Assembly (NCBI GenBank): GCA_005779395.1
Contig: SXJP01000028.1
Coordinates: forward strand, 1 to 64,000
DNA: 64,000 nt
Direction: 5' to 3'
Origin: Actinomycetota bacterium
GTDB taxonomy: Bacteria; Actinomycetota; Acidimicrobiia; IMCC26256; PALSA-610
Both the position numbers and the translations under genes were made by a program. Numbering within the stretch: the stretch's first letter is position 1; each line of letters begins with the position of its first letter. Below, in pieces: positions 56,421 through 64,000 of this stretch. Below the pieces are notes generated by a model. That model made no database searches and was not told the DNA's origin. It saw only the letters and a program-made list of their open reading frames with translations.

Positions 56421-57094
56421 CCACGCCAGGGCGGGGTCCGCGCTACATCAAAATCGCAGGCACGTTGCTCGCCTTCTATCGCGGCGAAAGCTAAGTCGAC
56501 CCAACGGTGTGCACCGGCTAACGGTTGCGGGAGATTGTCACGCGAGAAGTAACCAACGGCGCTGGTCTCTAGCGGGTGTCCTTCGAGAGTTCCGCCGATT
56601 GGCTTGCAGTGGAACAGAATCGAATACAACGGGTGACGCGAAAAGCCCATGCGGAAACCGTCGATTACCGCAATCAATGACACAACCTCGACTTCGATAC
56701 CGGTTTCTTCGTGAGCCTCTTTAATTGCGACCTCGCTTGGCGAATATCCGACATCTGCCCACCCGACTGGGTATAGCCACCAGCCTGAGTCAGCACGTTG
56801 AGTGAGCAGGATCTCGTTATTTTCGTTACCAACGATCGCGGCGACTGCGCACTTGGGCGTGACGTAACCAGCGACGCCTTCGCCGACGCTGTCAAGCCAG
56901 TCCTCGTACATTTCTTCTGACACGGCTTCATCGATTGCCGCGGCGCGTATGTCAGAGGCGACGTGGAGCACCTCGAGAAATCGTTCTTGCTCATAAAGGC
57001 TCTCGGTGAACCCGAGACCGGTGCGGGCTACGGCCGACAAGGTCTCTGCCCACCGCAGGAGATCAGATGCGCCAATCATGAAATCTTCGCTCAT
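56417..57094 (-). CDS. NUDIX hydrolase with an N-terminal helical extension
   Basis: GWADVGYSPSEVAIKEAHEETGIEV Nudix box. Confidence 0.75.
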   Translation of the reverse strand: MSEDFMIGASDLLRWAETLSAVARTGLGFTESLYEQERFLEVLHVASDIRAAAIDEAVSEEMYEDWLDSVGEGVAGYVTPKCAVAAIVGNENNEILLTQRADSGWWLYPVGWADVGYSPSEVAIKEAHEETGIEVEVVSLIAVIDGFRMGFSRHPLYSILFHCKPIGGTLEGHPLETSAVGYFSRDNLPQPLAGAHRWVDLAFAAIEGEQRACDFDVARTPPWRG

Positions 57095-57108
57095 GGCGCG
57101 GACTCTAC

Positions 57109-59592
57109 TCAGACTTTCTCAACGGCAAGGCGCGCTCTCAATGCTTGCTCGATTGTGGTGAGTCGGTCTGCGTCTTCGATCCGACCATTCGAGTCGCGAA
57201 TATAAAAAGTGTCGACGACTCTTGCGCCGAGGGTTTGTACTTTGGCGACAGTCACATCGACGCCGAGTTCCGTGAATGTCTGTGCGAGTTCGTACAAAAG
57301 ACCAAGCCGGTCATCGCAATGAACCTCGATGACAGTCGCAACACTCGAGGCATCAAGATCCAGCGCGACAACAACAGGGCCTTGTTCGCCAGCCACCTTG
57401 TCATACCTTTGGCGTGTTGCAACGCCTTTTGCGATATCTACAATCCCAGTGAACGCGTCCCCCAATGTGCTTTCTACCCAGAGCACACCACGATCCGCTA
57501 CGCGACCGAAACTGTCATCGACCTGAAAAACATCGAGAGCCATTCCGTCGGTCGTGGAAAAGAGGCTCGCTTCATGGACGGCGAGTCCGCACACAGTCAG
57601 AGCGCCAGCGACTGTGGCGAGCAGGCCTGCGCGGTCTGCTGCCGCGACTGTCACGATTAGGCGACTCGCTTCGCCTTCAACACAACTAACTACAAGTTCG
57701 CGACGCAGCAGAAGTCCGTGATGTACGGCCATGACGTTCGGTTCAAACGCCGATACATATGACTTGGGCATAACGGCGAGAAAATCGTCGCAGGCTTGCT
57801 TGCCAAGAATTTCGCGAAGCGCCTCGCACCTTTCAAGCAACAAGTTCTGCGAGGTTGCACCTTCGACAAATGCTGCGGCCTTCATGAATAGGTCGCGGCA
57901 CAACGATGCCTTCGCGTTGCTCCACGCGGCATGGCCCGTGGCGAGCGAGTCGCCAATGGTGAGCAGATACAACAGGCGTAGCCTCTCGGGATCGCCTGCA
58001 AGATTGCTAACGAATCGACCGAGCGTCTCTTCATCTGACAAATCGCGTCGAGTCGCAGTATCTGCCATCAACAAATGCGCTTTACCTAGCCACACAAGAA
58101 TCTCGACACCTTCAGAGTCGAGATGCATGCGTCGCGCTATGTGCTCCGCGATTTCTGCACCTACAGCCGAGTGATCCCCGGGAAGACCCTTCCCAATGTC
58201 GTGCAAAAGCGCTGAGAGCAACAAGAGGTCCGGCCGGCGACAGGCACGCGCCACGACCCCATCGAAAGGACGAGGTTCCGGTGCGTCGGCGAGGTCAAGG
58301 AGATCGGCGCAGTCTGCAACGGCTTCGAGGAGATGTCTGTCGACTGTGAACTTGTGGTACGCGTTCCGTTGCGGAAGCGATCGCACGTGCTGCCATTCGG
58401 GAAGTATTTGTGTCAGCACACCCGCATGGTCGAGAGCTTCGAACACGGATATCGCGCGCCGACCCGACCTCAACAGCCGACCGAACGCGGCACGCTCCCA
58501 AACATCCCACTTCGGTTCTGCCATGGAACCGAAGATGTCGAGAGTCGTACGATCGAAGGCGATGTCGAGTTCGGCGGCGTGGGCTGCGGCTACCAAGACT
58601 TCTAATGCCGTCGGTGCGGTGTCCCCCTGAAAGAAAACTCGACCGGCTTTTACTCCTAGCCGCTCTTCGAGTTGACGATCAACGATGCGCGGCTTTTTGT
58701 CCCGACCGAGTTGGCCAAAAACATCCTTCGTAATCCATGCAACTTCGCGCGCAACTGCCGCGAGCTCTCGTACGAGCACATCAGCGTCGCGAGCGTCGAC
58801 GGCCTCTGCCACAGCGTCTTGATCCTGAAGTACTAACAAGTCGCTCTTGCCTCCGTTCACGCGATGCAGTTCAACGCGAAGGTTCAGCAAATAGCTAGCA
58901 GCATCCTTTAGCCGGACGACGTCGTCAGTGCGAATAACACCTTGCTCGATTAGTGCGTCGTGGCCGTTCGGGTCTCGGCCGCCGAGACTGGAGTTCGCCC
59001 AGCCGAGCGAGTGAATATCTCGCAATCCTCCGCTGCCGTCCTTCAAATTCGGGTCGAGCATCTCGGCTACAGCGCCGTGTCGAGAGCGTCGTGCGGTCGC
59101 TCCATCAGAAAGCTCAGCGATGACTTGCGCAGATCTCGACGCTACGAAGGAGCAAACTTGAGCGTGCAGGTCCTGCGCGAGAAGGTCGTTGCCAGCGATT
59201 ACACGAACATGCATCATGGCGGTGAGAGCATCGATGTCTGTTGAGGCGAGCGTTAGCGACTCTGCGACCGTTCTCGCTGCATGGCCAGTGATGAAACCAG
59301 CGTCCCAAAGTGGATACCAAATACGTTCGGCTAGGCCTGAATGATCCTGCGGCCTGCGGAGTCGTTTCCTAGCGGGGAGCACAAGCAGCACGTCAAGGTC
59401 ACTGCCTGGGCAGAGTTCGCGGCGTGCGTAACTCCCCAACGCTACGAGCACACAATCACTCTCAGCGTCGAACGCATCGATGAGAATTCCGTCGACAGCA
59501 TCTGCAAGCGCCTCGCCAAAACGCGCTCCACGAATGGAGCGATCATCTATAACGCGACGACGCAGTTCTTTTAGCGTCGCGCCTGGCATCAA
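57109..59592 (-). CDS. glnD: [Protein-PII] uridylyltransferase / uridylyl-removing enzyme GlnD
   Basis: 827 aa. N-terminal NTase domain, HD domain (LLHDIGKG) and two C-terminal ACT domains. Confidence 0.85.
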   Translation of the reverse strand: MMPGATLKELRRRVIDDRSIRGARFGEALADAVDGILIDAFDAESDCVLVALGSYARRELCPGSDLDVLLVLPARKRLRRPQDHSGLAERIWYPLWDAGFITGHAARTVAESLTLASTDIDALTAMMHVRVIAGNDLLAQDLHAQVCSFVASRSAQVIAELSDGATARRSRHGAVAEMLDPNLKDGSGGLRDIHSLGWANSSLGGRDPNGHDALIEQGVIRTDDVVRLKDAASYLLNLRVELHRVNGGKSDLLVLQDQDAVAEAVDARDADVLVRELAAVAREVAWITKDVFGQLGRDKKPRIVDRQLEERLGVKAGRVFFQGDTAPTALEVLVAAAHAAELDIAFDRTTLDIFGSMAEPKWDVWERAAFGRLLRSGRRAISVFEALDHAGVLTQILPEWQHVRSLPQRNAYHKFTVDRHLLEAVADCADLLDLADAPEPRPFDGVVARACRRPDLLLLSALLHDIGKGLPGDHSAVGAEIAEHIARRMHLDSEGVEILVWLGKAHLLMADTATRRDLSDEETLGRFVSNLAGDPERLRLLYLLTIGDSLATGHAAWSNAKASLCRDLFMKAAAFVEGATSQNLLLERCEALREILGKQACDDFLAVMPKSYVSAFEPNVMAVHHGLLLRRELVVSCVEGEASRLIVTVAAADRAGLLATVAGALTVCGLAVHEASLFSTTDGMALDVFQVDDSFGRVADRGVLWVESTLGDAFTGIVDIAKGVATRQRYDKVAGEQGPVVVALDLDASSVATVIEVHCDDRLGLLYELAQTFTELGVDVTVAKVQTLGARVVDTFYIRDSNGRIEDADRLTTIEQALRARLAVEKV

Positions 59593-59646
59593 CCGCGACC
59601 GTAACAGCGAGCGAACGAATTAGGGGGCTTGTTACTCAGGGTGCAC

Positions 59647-61325
<1,679 letters not shown>

Positions 61326-61396
61326 ATGTTGGGGTCAACCTAACGCGCCACGTTTGTTGCCGAGTCGGATGTGTGTTACGAGCGTGTTAACTGTGT

Positions 61397-61642
61397 TCAG
61401 CCTGCGACGATGTCGCCGCTCATGTCGTCGACTGTGCAGCCGAGGCCACGCAAGTACGCGACGGCCGCTGTACGTGCTTCGGTAGGGCCACCTAGCTCGA
61501 GGATCACCCAGCCGTGGTCGCCTTCGACGTTGGCGCGACGCACGTTCGGTATGACGTCGAATTCTTTGGTGATTTCGTAAAGCAATGGCCGCGGCACGAG
61601 TGACGCTGGGAAAGACACATACAGGCGATCTACTTCAATCAT
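61397..61642 (-). CDS. Small ACT/NIL-like domain protein (81 aa)
   Basis: A beta-alpha-beta-beta-alpha-beta sized ORF between hemQ and amt. The assignment is weak. Confidence 0.4.
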   Translation of the reverse strand: MIEVDRLYVSFPASLVPRPLLYEITKEFDVIPNVRRANVEGDHGWVILELGGPTEARTAAVAYLRGLGCTVDDMSGDIVAG

Positions 61643-61666
61643 TTAGGAAGCCCTTCATGCGTTCGG

Positions 61667-62443
61667 CTACGTGAGTCCGACACGTTCTAATGCTACGACC
61701 GGTTCGAGAACAAGCCCAGTAATAAATGGACCGAAGTCTGCGTAGCGCGCACTAACTACATCGAAACGCATCTCCATAACAATCTCTTTGAGCACGACCG
61801 GATCATCGGCGAGCAGCGTGACGCCCCACTCCCAATCGTCGAGTCCAGTAGAGCCTGTGATGAGTTGCACTATGCGCCCTGCATAAGTGCGACCGATCTT
61901 GCCGTGGCCTGCCATGAGTTGTTTTCGCTCTTCGAAGCTGAGTTCATACCAGTTGTCGGGGGCAACACGGCGCTTGCTCATTGGATAGAAGCCAATGACT
62001 TTTTTCTTAGGGAGATTCGGGTGGATGCGTTGCTCTTGATAGTGCACCATCCGGTCTTTCCAGACCGCGAGCTTGGCTTCTAGTTCCTCGCCCGCGAGAT
62101 TTTCCTCGGTTGCTAGACGGTCACGCTCGTCGGCTTCAGTTGTCGTGTACTCAGAGAGTTCCGTTAGAGAAAAGTACGAGTCCTTCGGGATTAGGGGCGC
62201 GGTCAAAAGCTCTTGTTGAAAGGCCTGTAGCCGAGCAATATCTGGGCCGAGTGCCATGACACCAATGTCTGCCTTGTGGCCAAGCACCGCGAACACGAGC
62301 GCCTGATGCCCATCGGCTTCAAGCGACTCGACAGCGTCTAAGACGAGCGTCGCTGCGTTTGGGTCGCACTCTGCCCGTGCGCGATCGACGTCGAAAAACA
62401 GGTGCAACACACCCCAACCAAGCGACGGGATCACAGGCTCCAT
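61667..62443 (-). CDS. hemQ: Coproheme decarboxylase HemQ/ChdC (chlorite dismutase family)
   Basis: FYPMSKRR and GWGVLHLFF motifs. 258 aa. Confidence 0.8.
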   Translation of the reverse strand: MEPVIPSLGWGVLHLFFDVDRARAECDPNAATLVLDAVESLEADGHQALVFAVLGHKADIGVMALGPDIARLQAFQQELLTAPLIPKDSYFSLTELSEYTTTEADERDRLATEENLAGEELEAKLAVWKDRMVHYQEQRIHPNLPKKKVIGFYPMSKRRVAPDNWYELSFEERKQLMAGHGKIGRTYAGRIVQLITGSTGLDDWEWGVTLLADDPVVLKEIVMEMRFDVVSARYADFGPFITGLVLEPVVALERVGLT

Positions 62444-62503
62444 ACGCTCCGAGATTACCGTCGAACCAAGAGAACCCGCCGGTCGGCGGACTTCCTCACT
62501 GGT

Positions 62504-63430
62504 TCAGCAGGCTGGTTGCTGGAGTTTGAGAAAGTCGGCGTAGTCGATCACGCTCTCGGCCGATGGAACTGCGGCATCTACCGTCACGCCAAAGTCAGCG
62601 AGAGCGAACAGCAGGGAGGATGTCTCGCTCGGATCGCTCATTTGGTATGTGATTTTGTCGAGGCGTCCCTCGTTGTCAACCGACACGTGGAGTTGCGTCC
62701 CGTCGGGGATGCCGAAGCGTTCGGTCAAGATGCCGGCCGAACTTTGACCGGCAAGTCCTGGAAACAACGCCGAGATTCGCTCGGAAGCCCCATCAAGAAC
62801 TTCGGCATTCACGATGGCGGTGTATTCGCGCCCGTAATCATCGGGGCCAAAGTCGCTCGGAACTTCGGCGATCTCCGTCGCCCCGAGTACGAGCACAAGA
62901 GTCTCGATCCACCTTTCCGGATCCATATCTCCATGGTCGTTCTCGAACATGGATGATCGTTGCATCTTCACGTAGGAGATGCCTTCTAAAGCAGGCTCCG
63001 CGGGGTCGAGGTAGCCGCGCACCACCCTCGCGCCGTCGATGTCGAGATAGGCCATCTGGTCTGCAATGTCGACCGACAGTTGCCCATCAATACGGCTACA
63101 ACCACCATCGAGCAAGATGGTGCTGGTGCTCCCATCGACCTTTGCATCGCCACTTTCGAATTCAACATCTCCGTGTTTGACCTCAGAACTGAAGGTCCAG
63201 CTACTCATCCCTTGTCCAGCCAATATGACTGATGCTGAGTGCTCGCTCAGGGTCGCCTCTAATGCTTCGGTCAGCACATCGCTGGAAGGTTGCGGAACAG
63301 TTGTCGTAGTGGTCAGCGCAGAAGTCGAAGCCGCATCGGGTGATCGCTCGTCATTGCTGCAAGCAGAGGCAGCCGATGTTGTGACCAGAAGTAAGGCCGC
63401 ACTCCAGACCAGCGCTTTGGTTCCTGCCAT
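62504..63430 (-). CDS. Hypothetical lipoprotein
   Basis: LLLVTTSAASACS lipobox. Distantly resembles the downstream ORF, so the two may be paralogs. Confidence 0.5.
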   Translation of the reverse strand: MAGTKALVWSAALLLVTTSAASACSNDERSPDAASTSALTTTTTVPQPSSDVLTEALEATLSEHSASVILAGQGMSSWTFSSEVKHGDVEFESGDAKVDGSTSTILLDGGCSRIDGQLSVDIADQMAYLDIDGARVVRGYLDPAEPALEGISYVKMQRSSMFENDHGDMDPERWIETLVLVLGATEIAEVPSDFGPDDYGREYTAIVNAEVLDGASERISALFPGLAGQSSAGILTERFGIPDGTQLHVSVDNEGRLDKITYQMSDPSETSSLLFALADFGVTVDAAVPSAESVIDYADFLKLQQPAC

Positions 63431-63443
63431 CGCTCAGCGCCCC

Positions 63444-64000
63444 CTACGGAGTCGTGCCCATAAGTTCCTGAAACTCCGAATCATCAATTGCGTTGTCAGG
63501 AATCTCGATTACTACTTCGACTCCGTAGTCAAAAAAATCAATCATCATGTCAGCACCGTCAGGCGGACCGTCTGGAGGCGATCCTTCGCCAACCGTGTAC
63601 TTGAATCGCACGACGCGACCATCTTCATCGAGCCATACGTCAATTGGGACGTCTTCAACGAAGAATTCCATCTGCGCTTCTAGGTTAGAAGCAACGATTT
63701 TGGGGACTGAATCTTTGAGATCTGCAAAAACAGCCTCAAACGCATCCGGCTTGGCTATCGCCGTGAAGTGGGTGGTTGCAACTTCGTCAATTTCCTCTGG
63801 TCCAACTTCAACGATTTGCGTGGCACCTAACAAATACCCTTGATAATGGAACCATGTGTTCGCGGACGCAGTCCCGATTCCCCCTTCCGACCCTGCTGCT
63901 GGATCCATCATTACCCATTCAACATCACTCAGCGCTTCCGACATCCCCGCAAGACCCACCATTGCTTGCAAGAGAACTCCCATGTTGATATAGGAATTTC
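63444..64000 (-). CDS. Hypothetical secreted protein, N-terminal end runs off the window
   Basis: The frame is open to the window edge. Weak similarity to 62504..63430. Confidence 0.4.
   Translation of the reverse strand, partial: NSYINMGVLLQAMVGLAGMSEALSDVEWVMMDPAAGSEGGIGTASANTWFHYQGYLLGATQIVEVGPEEIDEVATTHFTAIAKPDAFEAVFADLKDSVPKIVASNLEAQMEFFVEDVPIDVWLDEDGRVVRFKYTVGEGSPPDGPPDGADMMIDFFDYGVEVVIEIPDNAIDDSEFQELMGTTP

Noticed and set aside
59593-59646. Possible terminator or attenuator between glnK and glnD
   Set aside because: No stable hairpin or U-tract was seen in the 54-nt spacer. It is likely simple operonic spacing.

Overview
This is a high-GC (about 58-60%) chromosomal segment that looks actinobacterial. 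The evidence is the galU-moeA and amt-glnK-glnD gene order, a mycobacterial-type SerC, a WhiB regulator, a PAC2 protein and a domain typical of mycothiol-dependent enzymes. About 70 coding regions are packed tightly on both strands, together with one tRNA-Ala(CGC) gene. Most are housekeeping or metabolic genes: two SDRs, hydrolases, the Moco biosynthesis cluster moaC/moaA/moeA next to galU and plsY, a tldD/pmbA pair with a GTGA stop-start overlap, an ABC exporter pair, a lipid-remodelling cluster and hemQ.

Five things stand out.
- **Redox operon with a hidden selenoprotein (5388..9877, + strand).** It ends in a small gene whose frame continues through an in-frame TGA (9638..9640) into a U-G-S-C-A-S-C motif. 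A perfect 8-bp hairpin sits 11 nt downstream, where a bacterial SECIS element would be. The selenoprotein gene is start/stop coupled (ATGA) to a 475-aa fusion of a thioredoxin-fold domain to an unknown domain. No selenium-utilisation genes are in this window.
- **Mobile-element remnant (1256..1738).** A truncated IS200/IS605-type TnpB N-terminal fragment follows a subterminal-style hairpin.
- **Unannotated small basic protein (1099..1188).** It is 29 aa, resembles ribosomal protein bL37 and has a strong SD. It fell below the ORF-track length cutoff.
- **YchF-like ATPase paralog (1..1027).** Its Walker A and G3 motifs are degenerate, so it is probably a pseudo-ATPase.
- **Lower-GC islet (24257..25580).** It lies between the alpha-carbonic anhydrase gene and tRNA-Ala, is bounded by an 89-bp imperfect direct repeat of the CA gene's 3-prime end, and carries an atypical secreted protein plus a VapC fragment.

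Smaller regulatory candidates are also listed: a terminator-like hairpin in a 485-nt moaA leader, palindromes upstream of fmdB and whiB, and GlnR/AmtR-like half-sites upstream of amt. No CRISPR array, integrase, transposase, phage gene or recognisable defence-system gene was seen.
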